From IMG/VR virus record IMGVR_UViG_3300025108_000015, positions 64,001-128,000 of that record: a stretch of 64,000 nucleotides of DNA; one strand, 5' to 3'. This document shows positions 50,385-61,246 of this stretch, piece after piece; positions within the stretch are counted from its first letter, which is position 1, and every line of letters starts with the position of its first letter. Origin of the DNA: a virus. The notes under the pieces were generated by a model. That model did no database searches, was not told the origin of the DNA, and saw only the letters and a program-made list of their open reading frames with translations. The position numbers were made by a program, and so were the translations under genes.

Positions 50385-51314
50385 ATGACAAACCTCGGAT
50401 ATTGCTGTATCAACATGACCCTTCGTAAGGACAAGATTACTACCAATCGTAGTATGATTAAAAAAACATTCCTTAAAGAAGGTATCAGTAGGTCATCAGA
50501 CCTTGCATTACAAAATGCTAAAGACCTTGTAGAGATTATCAAATGGAACGAACGTAATGGTTTCAAACTATTCCGTATGTCGTCTGACTTAGTTCCATGG
50601 GCTAGTGAGTTCAAGTTATCAGATATGCCAGACTATACTAAGTTTAGTAATGTACTCAAGGGTGCAGGTACTTTAGCTAAGTCGTATGGTCAACGTATCA
50701 CTTCACATCCTGGCCCATTCAATGTATTGGTGTCACCTAATGATAGAGTTGTAGATAACACGATTAGAGACCTTTCAATACACGGAGAACACTTTGACCT
50801 TATGGGGTTAGAGAGAAGTCATCAGAACCCTATTAACATCCATTGTAATGGTGTCTATGGTGATAAGATGTCTGCTATGAATCGTTTCATCACAAACTTC
50901 AAGAGATTGCCTGAGTCAGTCCAATCACGATTGGTTGTTGAGAACGATGACAAAGCAAGTATGTACTCAGTCAAAGACCTTATGTACCTACACGAACATA
51001 TTGGTATTCCGATTACGTTTGACTATCACCACCACAAATTCAATACCGGTGGGTTGTCTGAACAAGAAGCACTTGAGTTGGCTATGTCAACGTGGGGTGA
51101 CTACAAACCCTTAGTCCATTACTCTGAATCACGTCTATTGGAACAAGAAGGTGTAAAAGCACAAGCACATTCTGATTTTATCTATTCTGAAATCAATACA
51201 TATGGTCATTCTTTAGACATTGAGGTCGAGGCTAAGATGAAGGAGTTGACTGTGTTAGATTATCTTTCCAATTTTGGTACACATCCAAAAGGGCATAGTA
51301 TGGGGAAAGCTTGA
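50385..51314 (+). CDS. uvsE: UV-damage endonuclease
   Basis: LGYCCIN, LFRMSS, RITSHPGPF, NIHC, LVVENDDK, FDYHHH, VHYSE, HSD, EVEAK.KE. Confidence 0.92.
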   Translation: MTNLGYCCINMTLRKDKITTNRSMIKKTFLKEGISRSSDLALQNAKDLVEIIKWNERNGFKLFRMSSDLVPWASEFKLSDMPDYTKFSNVLKGAGTLAKSYGQRITSHPGPFNVLVSPNDRVVDNTIRDLSIHGEHFDLMGLERSHQNPINIHCNGVYGDKMSAMNRFITNFKRLPESVQSRLVVENDDKASMYSVKDLMYLHEHIGIPITFDYHHHKFNTGGLSEQEALELAMSTWGDYKPLVHYSESRLLEQEGVKAQAHSDFIYSEINTYGHSLDIEVEAKMKELTVLDYLSNFGTHPKGHSMGKA

Positions 51315-51451
51315 TTTAATTAATTTATTAATTATTTTCCTGATATTTATACCTATCAGGTGGTTAACTTGGCTTGAGCTGCTTAGCGAAAACGTAGTTT
51401 AATAATAAGTACAACTCCTGAAGTTAGTAAAACCAATTTGTGGAAAAATAA

Positions 51452-52483
51452 ATGAAAAAACTTTTTAATAGGAAGAATATGTTCATACTTCTAATGACTA
51501 TCAGTACATTAGGGTTAGCTATTTCAGCTGCATATTATTCAGTATTTGGATTGAGTTCACTGTTTGCTGGTGCTAGAACTGAGGTAATAATAATGGCGGG
51601 TTCATTAGAGTTTTCTAAACTTATAATAGCATCATACTTACATAACAATTGGAAGACTGCTGGTTGGATGAAGTGGTATCTTACCTTAGCAGTTGGTGTA
51701 TTAATGGTAATCACCTCAGCAGGTATCTATGGATTCTTAACATCAGCATATCAAAAGACTGCTGACCAATTAGGTGTATTGGATAAGCAAGTTCAAGTAA
51801 TTGATTTAAAGAAGGGAAGATTCCAAGAACAATTGGATTACTTTAATATAGAAAAGAATCAGTTATCGGAATCAATTACGGAACTACGTAATGGGCTATC
51901 TAATAATGTAGTACAATATCGTGATAAAGAAACTGGTCAGATTATAACAACAACGTCATCATCTCAACGTAGAGCTTTGGAACGTCAATTAGCATCAGCA
52001 GTTGAATCACGTGATGGTATATCTATAAAAATTGAGGTATTGACCGATTCAATTACATCACTTGATTTAAAAGTATTGGATTTGGAATCTAATAATGAAG
52101 TAGCTGCCGAAGTCGGACCATTGAGATATATGTCCGCAATAACCGGCCGACCTATGAATGTGATTGTGAATTGGTTTACATTACTTATAGTATTTGTATT
52201 TGACCCACTTGCTATTTCAATGGTAATAGCATTAAACAAGTTAACATCTAAACCTACTGATGTAAAACTACCAATCTCTGAAGAGGAAGAGTCAGACGAA
52301 GTTATCGATGATGTTATTGTGCCAGAACTTACCAAAGTACCAGTTGTACCAAAGACTGAACCAATTGAAAAGGAAGATGTAACATTTATCCCAACGGATG
52401 ATGATGCTAGAAAATTATATGGTGAGAATCGTAAATCCAATTCAAAGACTAAACATATATACAAAAACGCATCTACTAAATAA
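51452..52483 (+). CDS. Multi-TM membrane protein with coiled coil
   Basis: Three N-terminal TM helices, coiled coil, EVGPLRY, VFDPLA. Confidence 0.65.
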   Translation: MKKLFNRKNMFILLMTISTLGLAISAAYYSVFGLSSLFAGARTEVIIMAGSLEFSKLIIASYLHNNWKTAGWMKWYLTLAVGVLMVITSAGIYGFLTSAYQKTADQLGVLDKQVQVIDLKKGRFQEQLDYFNIEKNQLSESITELRNGLSNNVVQYRDKETGQIITTTSSSQRRALERQLASAVESRDGISIKIEVLTDSITSLDLKVLDLESNNEVAAEVGPLRYMSAITGRPMNVIVNWFTLLIVFVFDPLAISMVIALNKLTSKPTDVKLPISEEEESDEVIDDVIVPELTKVPVVPKTEPIEKEDVTFIPTDDDARKLYGENRKSNSKTKHIYKNASTK

Positions 52484-52541
52484 ATTTGTGTATGTCAATA
52501 TTTTTTTGTATATTGTATATAAATAAACAAGTTATAAACTA

Positions 52542-53171
52542 ATGGATGAACTATACAACACAACACCAACCTCTGCTGGAGTTAATTTAAGTTATCATGA
52601 TACGGATAACTCTAAAGATGGCCATAAAAGTTTTTATCGTGAATTCGATTATGGTATAGACACCACGGACAATGTTATCTTAATACAAGATGAAATATCA
52701 AGTGGGTTAACATTTGACATTGTATCTAAGGTCAGATTACTTCTGAAGATAAATGGTGATATCAATACTATTAATATATTACTCAACTCTCCTGGTGGGG
52801 ATGTAATCGAAACTTTAGCTTTGATAGATTACATGAAGTCTCAAGAAGCTCAAGGTATTAAGTTTAATATCATCGTAAGAGGGTCAGCTATGTCAGCAGC
52901 AGCACTTCTACTTACTTGTGGTACTGGTCTACGGGCTGCATCTAAACACTCTAAGATTATGGTACATCAATTATCAACAGTCGCAGTAGGTAAGTTGAGT
53001 GATGTTAAATCAAACGCACGATTCTCTGAAGAGTTAGAGAATGATTGTAATCAACTTATGGCTGAAAATTCTAAAATGGACAAAGAGTATTGGGAAGGTA
53101 TATCTTCTTCAGACTACTTTATGTCAGCAGAAAAAGCACTTGAGTGTGGTATCATCGATAAAATAATTTAA
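52542..53171 (+). CDS. clpP: ClpP-family protease
   Basis: LNSPGGDV, AMSAAALL (Ser), IMVHQ (His), DYFMSAEKAL.CGIID (Asp). Confidence 0.9.
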   Translation: MDELYNTTPTSAGVNLSYHDTDNSKDGHKSFYREFDYGIDTTDNVILIQDEISSGLTFDIVSKVRLLLKINGDINTINILLNSPGGDVIETLALIDYMKSQEAQGIKFNIIVRGSAMSAAALLLTCGTGLRAASKHSKIMVHQLSTVAVGKLSDVKSNARFSEELENDCNQLMAENSKMDKEYWEGISSSDYFMSAEKALECGIIDKII

Positions 53172-53177
53172 AATAAT

Positions 53178-53957
53178 ATGTTAGACTTTTTCACAGCAGA
53201 AGAACTCGTAGAGAACTACGAGAAGTTCCGTAAACTAATTAACAAAACATTTGAAGGTGACCGATTAGAGGCACTTAATAAAATGTACGACCACTTCGAA
53301 GAACGTATGATTTATACACCAGCATCTTCGGTAGAACATTACCACAATGCATTTCCAGGTGGATACATCGACCACGTTCTTAGGGTAACACGTAATGCTT
53401 TAAAAGTATACGACCTTTATTCTGAGTTAGGTGGTGTTGGTGATTATAGTAGAGAAAGTCTAATATTCACAGCACTACACCACGACCTTGGTAAGTTGGG
53501 TACGCCTGAGTTGGATTACTATGTTAAGAATGATTCCGAATGGCACATAAAGAATCAAGGTAAGATTTACAAAACAAATTCAGACATCCATTGGATGAAT
53601 CTAAACGATAGAACATTCTATCTACTAAACTACTTTGGTATTCAATGTACCCAAGAAGAATGGATTGGTATTAAACTTACTGATGGGTTGTATGACGAGA
53701 ATAACAAAGAGTATTTTATCAAGTACAATAAAGATGACGCATTAAAAACATCGATGCCATACGTAATGCATACCGCTGACTTATTCGCTGCAAGATACGA
53801 GAATGAGAGATGGATGAAAGAAATGAATCCAATAAAGTCTACACGGAAGTCAACTATTGGTAGACCTAAGAAGGGGAATTTAGGTGACGCTTTTACTAAT
53901 AGTAATACTGATACTAAAAGTGTATTCGACGCGTTTAAAGGAATTATAGAGGAGTAA
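53178..53957 (+). CDS. HD-domain protein
   Basis: HNAFPGGYIDHVL, ALHHDLGK, HTAD. Confidence 0.8.
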   Translation: MLDFFTAEELVENYEKFRKLINKTFEGDRLEALNKMYDHFEERMIYTPASSVEHYHNAFPGGYIDHVLRVTRNALKVYDLYSELGGVGDYSRESLIFTALHHDLGKLGTPELDYYVKNDSEWHIKNQGKIYKTNSDIHWMNLNDRTFYLLNYFGIQCTQEEWIGIKLTDGLYDENNKEYFIKYNKDDALKTSMPYVMHTADLFAARYENERWMKEMNPIKSTRKSTIGRPKKGNLGDAFTNSNTDTKSVFDAFKGIIEE

Positions 53958-54217
53958 TATGATTATAACAATTATTATATTATCAATAACAACAATCGTA
54001 TTTTTATTTAGTACGATAAACCTTCTTCGTAAGAACGAAGCATACGAAGATGTTGTGGAAGAGCAGGAGATAGTAATATCAGACACCGCAAATAGAATTG
54101 ATGATTCTATGGCTAAGATGAAAGAGATTGATAAGTTAGGTTCTTTTGAAGCAGATGATGAGACTGGATTTATCTTTAAGAATTTGTATGAAGTAATTGA
54201 GCAATTAGAAAAGTACT

Positions 54218-54934
54218 ATGGGTCGAAAGAGGAAGAATAAAAGATATTTTAATAAAATAAATGAGATTGCAATCAACGCATATAACAATTGTGATGACCA
54301 GCGACTAAAGAATAAAATATACAATCGGTTTATTCATTACCCATTTGATAAACTTGCAGAGAATGTAATACATACTTACAAGACTTATTATTTTGAAGTT
54401 CCATACGAAGATGTTAAAGCAAATGTAGTAGCATTCTTAAATGAGAAGATTCATAAGTTCAATGGAGACAATGGTAGAGCGTTCTCATACTTTACTGTAA
54501 TAGCACGTAACTATTTGTTCAATGAAAACAATGCTAATTATGCTCGTATGAAAATGAGAGATGGTGTTGAAGTCATAGACTCGTCACGTGATATTGTAAA
54601 TGAGGTATTCGATAAACGACAAATGGAAGCTCTAAAAGATTTCATGGATTACTATGTAATGTACATGGATAGTAATATTCTTACAATATTCAATAAAGAA
54701 CGGGACCAAAAGATAGCAGATTCGCTTACTGAATTATTTAGAACACGTGATAACCTATATTCTTACAATAAAAAGGCTCTCTATATACTTATTAGGGAGA
54801 GAACTGGAGTTCAGACTCAATACATCACACGTGTGGTAGGTAAGATGAAGGTTATATACAAAGAACTATATATCGATTTTATGAAAGGTGATATATTACC
54901 AGTAACACATCGAGTGGAGGAATTTAATGGATAA
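54218..54934 (+). CDS. Phage sigma-factor-like protein (probable late sigma)
   Basis: Region-2-like KF...NGRAFSYFTVIARNY; lies just upstream of structural genes. Confidence 0.6.
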   Translation: MGRKRKNKRYFNKINEIAINAYNNCDDQRLKNKIYNRFIHYPFDKLAENVIHTYKTYYFEVPYEDVKANVVAFLNEKIHKFNGDNGRAFSYFTVIARNYLFNENNANYARMKMRDGVEVIDSSRDIVNEVFDKRQMEALKDFMDYYVMYMDSNILTIFNKERDQKIADSLTELFRTRDNLYSYNKKALYILIRERTGVQTQYITRVVGKMKVIYKELYIDFMKGDILPVTHRVEEFNG

Positions 54935-55285
54935 GGATACTGAATTATTTAAAGGTAAGTCTTTCTCGGATATTATGTCAGACATATATTCCAATCAAAA
55001 AAAGAAAGACCGCCAAATCAAACTACTGATTGCTCAACTCGAACCAATGGTTAAGAGTTTGGGTGATGCATCAGTAGTTGTACCTTTGATAAAAGAATAC
55101 TTAGATATATCAGTTCGTAATGACGATGCTTTAATTAAATTAGCAGCAATCGTCCAACGTATGATGAAGGACAACAATTCGGGCTCAGATGGTGGTATGT
55201 TATTATCACCAGAGGAGAAGAGACAATTGATGGATGCTATTGATGAGGTTGAGAAAGACCTACCTAAAGACGATGGGGGTGATGA

Positions 55286-56284
55286 ATGAAATATGCACAA
55301 GTATTAGAAGTATATTTAGATGATGATAACCCCAACGGACCCTACTCAATACAAGCTTCTCTAAAAGAATCAAATACAAGTAAACGTATTTTAGCTAAGC
55401 CATTAAGTATACTTAGTAAAACTATTCCTGTTGTTGGTGAGTATGTATGTATACAAAAAGCACCTTCTGATTTCATATCTGCTACGGGTGGTGGTGCTAC
55501 TGTATTTTATTACTCACATCCGGTTTCATTACAAGGTAATGTAAATAATAATATATTAGAAAACGCAACCAGACTTGAAGGAAGTACGATTGGTGGTGAT
55601 TATAATATTACCTCAGCCGGAGTTCCGAACACATCAGGCCCTTCTAAATCCGACCCTAAGAATAAAGAGTTCAAAATAGTATCAAACCTATCACAATTAC
55701 AACCATACTCAGGTGATATTATACATGAGGGTAGGTTTGGCCAATCAATTCGATTTGGGTATACTCCACAAAATTCAGATTCTAAGATTAAACCATCTTG
55801 GACCTCAACTACACCCGAATCACCAATCACTATTATTCGTAATGGCGCTGGTAACTCAAATGGGTATAATAAATTTGTTATAGAAGATATCAATGATGAC
55901 GACTCATCTATATACTTAGCTTCTAAACAAAAGGTTGGAATTAAGTCGTCAAATAACTTTACGTTAGGAGTTACACCCACATCTCTATATACTAAACCAC
56001 AAATAGTATTAAACTCGGACCGACTCGTTCTAAATTCAAAAAAAGACTCAGTTCTAATCAGTGGTGCTAAATCGGTAAATGTATCAACGTCCAATTGGAA
56101 AGCTGATATGGATGTCATATTCAGTCAGTTGGAATCAATCACCGATGCACTATTACAGTTAGCACCCCAACTAACTGCGGCTGCCAATACTGGTGGGCCA
56201 GTCCCATCACTAACGGCCGGTGGTCCTCAATTGTTATCTACGATTACTCAAGTAAAAACTCAGTTAACATTAATGAAACAATAA
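55286..56284 (+). CDS. Baseplate hub/spike-like structural protein
   Basis: PVVGEYV OB-fold-like start, GDIIHEGRFGQSIRFG, QIVLNSDRLVLNSK; adjacent to gp25. Confidence 0.55.
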   Translation: MKYAQVLEVYLDDDNPNGPYSIQASLKESNTSKRILAKPLSILSKTIPVVGEYVCIQKAPSDFISATGGGATVFYYSHPVSLQGNVNNNILENATRLEGSTIGGDYNITSAGVPNTSGPSKSDPKNKEFKIVSNLSQLQPYSGDIIHEGRFGQSIRFGYTPQNSDSKIKPSWTSTTPESPITIIRNGAGNSNGYNKFVIEDINDDDSSIYLASKQKVGIKSSNNFTLGVTPTSLYTKPQIVLNSDRLVLNSKKDSVLISGAKSVNVSTSNWKADMDVIFSQLESITDALLQLAPQLTAAANTGGPVPSLTAGGPQLLSTITQVKTQLTLMKQ

Positions 56285-56790
56285 TTATATATAAACATAT
56301 TTATTATCATGGATACAAAGAAACTAATTAAGGCAATTCAACTCATCATTAAAGAAGAGGTAAAGAAGGAAGTCTCTAAACGTGAGAAGTCTTTACGAGC
56401 TTCTATTATAAAAGAGATAAAGCAATCACAACCAAACGTTGTTGATAAAGACCCGCTTGATGTAGACCACGTATTTGAATCTAATACTAAAATAAATAAA
56501 TCATTTACCGGCAACGCAACGTTAAATGATATGTTAAACGAAACCGCTGATAGTGGTGAGTGGAGAAGTATTAATTCAAATGGAGTTGGTGGTGGTATGT
56601 TTGATGCATCACAAGCACAGGCGTTCGCTGGTGGTATGGGTCAACAACCACAAGTGTTACAAAACGCAGATGGTAGAACAATACCAACTAATCAGCTACA
56701 ACAAACTGACGCAGGTAAAGCGGTAGTTGACGCACTAACACGTGACTACTCAGGTTTAATGAAACATATAAATAATAAGAAGGGTAGCTA

Positions 56791-57225
56791 ATGGCATCCC
56801 GTAATGAATTTAGTATCAATCCTTTAGACTTAAAAAGGAATAAGGCAGTTGGAGTTTTGTTACCATTGGGTGGTAGTCCATTATTTAAACTATCATATAC
56901 AACTGAAGAGCAGGCTATATCTAATCTTAAAAACTTGATTTTAACAAGAAAGGGTGAACGTCATCTTCAACCAACATTTGGTTCCGATGTATACTCATTG
57001 TTATTTGAACAAATGACAGAAGACTTAGCAGATGATTTGGAAAGTTCACTACGAGATGATATTAAATTCTGGCTTCCATATATTATTATAGATAGTATAC
57101 GAGTAATTACCAACGAAGATAATAATAGAGTAAACATAAATTTAGTAGTTAAGGTAACTGACCGTGGGGCAAACACAAAAATAACAATTCTTGTTTCAGA
57201 GCAAGGTAATATATCTATTGTTTAA
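56791..57225 (+). CDS. Baseplate wedge subunit, T4 gp25-like
   Basis: NLKNLILTRKGER..QPTFG...LLFE....I..WLPYI. Confidence 0.9.
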   Translation: MASRNEFSINPLDLKRNKAVGVLLPLGGSPLFKLSYTTEEQAISNLKNLILTRKGERHLQPTFGSDVYSLLFEQMTEDLADDLESSLRDDIKFWLPYIIIDSIRVITNEDNNRVNINLVVKVTDRGANTKITILVSEQGNISIV

Positions 57226-57234
57226 GGATAAGAC

Positions 57235-59145
57235 ATGGCTGATAAAATAAAAAAAGATGTAAATTTAATAGGTAGAGACTTCGGTGATATCCGTAAGAAT
57301 CTAATTGACTTTACTAAAACATATTTCCCAAATACCTATAATGATTTTAATGAATCATCTCCTGGTATGATGTTTATGGAAATGGCGGCATATGTGGGTG
57401 ATGTACTTTCATATTATACCGATGTTCAATTAAGAGAATCTGTTTTAGAAGAAGCTCAAGAAAAGTCTAATGTATTTACAATAGCACAATCATTTGGGTA
57501 TAAGCCAAAGTTAAATGTACCAGCAACAACCGATATGACTGTGTATCAGATATTACCTGCGATGGGTAGTGGTGATAATGTTAAGCCAAACTTTGACTAC
57601 GCATTAACCTTAAAAGAAGGTATGGTCATTGGTTCAACTGAAAGTCCCAACGTTGAATTTACTACTATAAATAAAGTAAGATTTGCACAATCATCTTCAT
57701 TCGACCCCACTGACGTTTCGGTTTATCAAATTGACGAAACAACAAACGAACCTATCTATTATTTATTAAAAAAATATGTTAAAGCAGTTAGTGGTAAAAG
57801 TGAAACATCTACATTTAACTTTGGTTCTCCAAAACCTTACGATAAAATAAAAATAGAAGCGGATGGTTTGATTGATGTAATAAGCATCATGGATGATGAT
57901 GGTGATGAGTGGACTAAGGTTGAGTATCTAGCACAAGACACTGTGTTTGAAGAATTACCAAACACTACCGATTACTCATTAGCCATGGCTGCTTACGCAA
58001 ATGAGACACCATCATTACTTAAACTAAAAAGAGTACCCAAACGTTACATTACACGTATAACTGACGATGGTACACTCGACATTCAATTTGGAGCAGGGGT
58101 ATCATCAAATTCAGACGAAGAGATACTTCCAAATCCGGATAACGTTGGCTCCGCACTATATCCCGCAAGTGGTGACCTTGACCAAGGGGTTGACCCATCA
58201 AACTTTATGTACGCTAAAACATATGGTGTAGCTCCAGCTAATACCGAATTAACTGTTACATACCGAATAGGTAATGGTGTTTCTGATAACGTTCCATCTT
58301 CTGATTTAACAACGATTGTAGAACGTGTAATTGAAACTGATGGTAGTAGGTTGGTTGGTGATGTTTTTAATGTAGTTAAAAACTCAATAGCAGTAACGAA
58401 CGAAGTAGCAGCAACTGGCGCCCAATTTGAAGAAGAGATTGAGCAGGTACGTAACAACGCTCTTGCATATTTTAGAGCACAAAATAGAGCCGTAACCAGA
58501 GAAGACTACTTACTTAGAGCGTACGCATTACCACCACAATTTGGTTCGGTAGCAAAAGCATATGCTGCACCTGACTTCCAAATCAATACTTTATTGGATG
58601 ATGGTCCGGACCCAATTCCAAATCCATTAGCAATTAACTTCTATACATTAGGATATGATTCTAAGAAAAAGCTTACTCAGTTAAACAATGCTACAAAGCA
58701 AAACTTACAAAACTATTTGTCTTACTATCGTATATTAACTGATGCTGTAAATATTAAAAATGCATACATCGTAAATATTGGTATCAACTTCGAAATAATA
58801 GTATTACCAAATTACAATTCAAATGAGGTTCTCTTAAAATGTATCAACACATTAAAAGAATTATTCAAAATCGAACGTATGGCTATTAACAAACCGATAA
58901 ATCTAACTGACTTATATGTTAGCTTGGATGGAGTTGATGGTGTTCAATCGGTAGTCAGACCTAATAAAGAAGATGAGGGTGGGTTACAAATTATAAATAA
59001 ATTTGGCGGAACTTATTCTGATAATAAATATAGTACAAAAGAAGCTACCAGAAATGGTATAGTGTATCCACCAAAAGACCCAACTTGTTTTGAAATAAAA
59101 TATCCTGACGTAGACATCGTAGGTAAAGTTGTATCATTATTTTAA
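57235..59145 (+). CDS. Baseplate wedge subunit, T4 gp6/baseplate-J-like
   Basis: RDF..IR..L...PNTYNDFNESSPG...AYVGDVLSYY; QNRAVTREDY. Confidence 0.88.
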   Translation: MADKIKKDVNLIGRDFGDIRKNLIDFTKTYFPNTYNDFNESSPGMMFMEMAAYVGDVLSYYTDVQLRESVLEEAQEKSNVFTIAQSFGYKPKLNVPATTDMTVYQILPAMGSGDNVKPNFDYALTLKEGMVIGSTESPNVEFTTINKVRFAQSSSFDPTDVSVYQIDETTNEPIYYLLKKYVKAVSGKSETSTFNFGSPKPYDKIKIEADGLIDVISIMDDDGDEWTKVEYLAQDTVFEELPNTTDYSLAMAAYANETPSLLKLKRVPKRYITRITDDGTLDIQFGAGVSSNSDEEILPNPDNVGSALYPASGDLDQGVDPSNFMYAKTYGVAPANTELTVTYRIGNGVSDNVPSSDLTTIVERVIETDGSRLVGDVFNVVKNSIAVTNEVAATGAQFEEEIEQVRNNALAYFRAQNRAVTREDYLLRAYALPPQFGSVAKAYAAPDFQINTLLDDGPDPIPNPLAINFYTLGYDSKKKLTQLNNATKQNLQNYLSYYRILTDAVNIKNAYIVNIGINFEIIVLPNYNSNEVLLKCINTLKELFKIERMAINKPINLTDLYVSLDGVDGVQSVVRPNKEDEGGLQIINKFGGTYSDNKYSTKEATRNGIVYPPKDPTCFEIKYPDVDIVGKVVSLF

Positions 59146-59155
59146 AAGGTAGAAG

Positions 59156-61246
59156 ATGATTTATAGAATATATCCAAAAAAAGACGCAACCATATACGAA
59201 GACTCCGCTCGTAAAAATCAAAACACGGGTAAGGATGAGATTCTTGAAATCGGTAAGTTTTACGATACTGATAACACCTCTTTATTGGGTAATAGTAGAG
59301 CACTCATTGAATTTGATTTAAAAGAAATATCATCTTCAATAGCCAATGGGGACATCACATCACCACAATATAGATTGAGAGTTGAGAATATTGAAAGTCG
59401 TGAAATTCAATCTGAATACGACTTATTTGTATATCCGTTATATGAGGGGTTTACCGAAGGACTTGGTTCTCAAGATGACAAACCACACAATGAATCAGAT
59501 GTTAGTTGGGTAACACGAAGTTTATCAGAAGGGTGGGATATATTGAATTCCACAGTTGGTAAGCCAGTTGACCCATCATTAATTCCAGCACTTGAAACTT
59601 ACTACAACTTTAATTCAAATGCAGGTAACTTTGAGTTAGTTGAACCAATACTTGGTACTGATGGTAGTTCACCATCATTACAAGCAATCGATGGGGCATT
59701 GGTGTTATCGGCATCCAACTATGGTGGTGGAACTGCCGCTCTATCCTCATCATTGGATGAAGGTAAAGTCTACACAATATCATTTGACGCAAAGCAATTG
59801 TCGTTATCTGGAATTGATTTTAGAGTATATAAGCCAGATGGTTCATATTATGATGATAGTGAAGTTAGTGGTTATTTTGATTCATTATTGGGTAGTAAAT
59901 CATATGAGATGTCATTCACAGGCTCGGCTGCTGTAAATGGTAATAAGATACATAAAGTCTTATTTACATTCTTTGATGATAATGGTAGTAACGGGTCGGA
60001 TGGTCAGCTTGATAACTTCTTCGTATACAGTAATGTAGAGAATGATGTAATATTTCTTGACCAATTCAATATAGATGGTGACCTACCATCTACGTATGTT
60101 GTAAATGACATTATTTTAAGTGAACACCAATCTAAACAAATCACCACTATTAAAGATGGTGTACTGATAATGTCAGCGTCAAATTTCGGTGGTGCTACAT
60201 TAAATCGTAAAGCAACATTACAAGACACACTAATATACACAGCAAGTTTTAGTATAGATCCAGGAACAATACATACAAGTTCAGCTGATGGGTCTCCATC
60301 CGGTATTGTATTTAGTATTCAAGAACCTGATGGTAGGCTTTTAGACTCGTCTGAATATTTACAAAACTCATATGTATCAAACTTAACATCGTCAAACGAT
60401 GTCACGGTATTTTTTAAAGCACAACAGGATGGGAATCACAACTTTAGATTTACATTCTTTGGTAGTGGTAGTGGTGATTTTAGTGGGTCTTTAGATAATT
60501 TCTCACTCAAAACCCCAAATGTATTAACGTCTTCATATTATACTGATTTTAAATACGATGCGCACTGGATTTCTAATCAAGGTGGTGGTACATGGTTTAC
60601 TTCATCATTCAACACAGGTAAACATTACTACCAATCTTTTGATAAGTACACGTCTAATTTGGATGTCGAAGTAACTGATTATGTAAATGATTGGTTGGAT
60701 GGTACACGAACCAATAATGGTTTCATTGTTAAAAAATCTAAAACGGATGAACAATCAACAACTAAGTTTGGTTCAATCAAATTCTTCTCGTCAGATACCA
60801 ACACAATCTATCCACCGGTATTAGAAGTAAGATGGGATGGTGATTCATTCGATACGGGTGCACTATCCGCGCTGAGTGGTGATGATATCATACTATATGT
60901 TAAGAATTTGTCAACTGAGTATAAAGAAAGTTCCAAAGCCAAGATTAGAGTCTATGGTAGAGAACGTTTTCCGGCACGTACATTTTCATCAACATCAAAT
61001 TACAAATTGGTTAAATACCTACCAGCTACCTCATACTACTCGGTAGTTGATGCTGAAACAGAACAGGTAATTATTCCGTTCGACACTACTTATACTAAGG
61101 TGGGTTGTGACTCCGAAGGTAACTATTTTAACTTTTGGTTTAATGGACTTCAACCGGAACGATTCTATAAGTTTATATTTAGGGTAGACCAGAATAGTAC
61201 AACAAAATATTATGATGATAACTTCTATTTTAAGGTGGTTAGATAA
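59156..61246 (+). CDS. Structural (baseplate/tail) protein with duplicated internal beta domain
   Basis: Operon position; N-terminal KDATIYE..NTGKDEILEI; C-terminal FFSSDT.TIYPP.LEV.W. Confidence 0.6.
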   Translation: MIYRIYPKKDATIYEDSARKNQNTGKDEILEIGKFYDTDNTSLLGNSRALIEFDLKEISSSIANGDITSPQYRLRVENIESREIQSEYDLFVYPLYEGFTEGLGSQDDKPHNESDVSWVTRSLSEGWDILNSTVGKPVDPSLIPALETYYNFNSNAGNFELVEPILGTDGSSPSLQAIDGALVLSASNYGGGTAALSSSLDEGKVYTISFDAKQLSLSGIDFRVYKPDGSYYDDSEVSGYFDSLLGSKSYEMSFTGSAAVNGNKIHKVLFTFFDDNGSNGSDGQLDNFFVYSNVENDVIFLDQFNIDGDLPSTYVVNDIILSEHQSKQITTIKDGVLIMSASNFGGATLNRKATLQDTLIYTASFSIDPGTIHTSSADGSPSGIVFSIQEPDGRLLDSSEYLQNSYVSNLTSSNDVTVFFKAQQDGNHNFRFTFFGSGSGDFSGSLDNFSLKTPNVLTSSYYTDFKYDAHWISNQGGGTWFTSSFNTGKHYYQSFDKYTSNLDVEVTDYVNDWLDGTRTNNGFIVKKSKTDEQSTTKFGSIKFFSSDTNTIYPPVLEVRWDGDSFDTGALSALSGDDIILYVKNLSTEYKESSKAKIRVYGRERFPARTFSSTSNYKLVKYLPATSYYSVVDAETEQVIIPFDTTYTKVGCDSEGNYFNFWFNGLQPERFYKFIFRVDQNSTTKYYDDNFYFKVVR

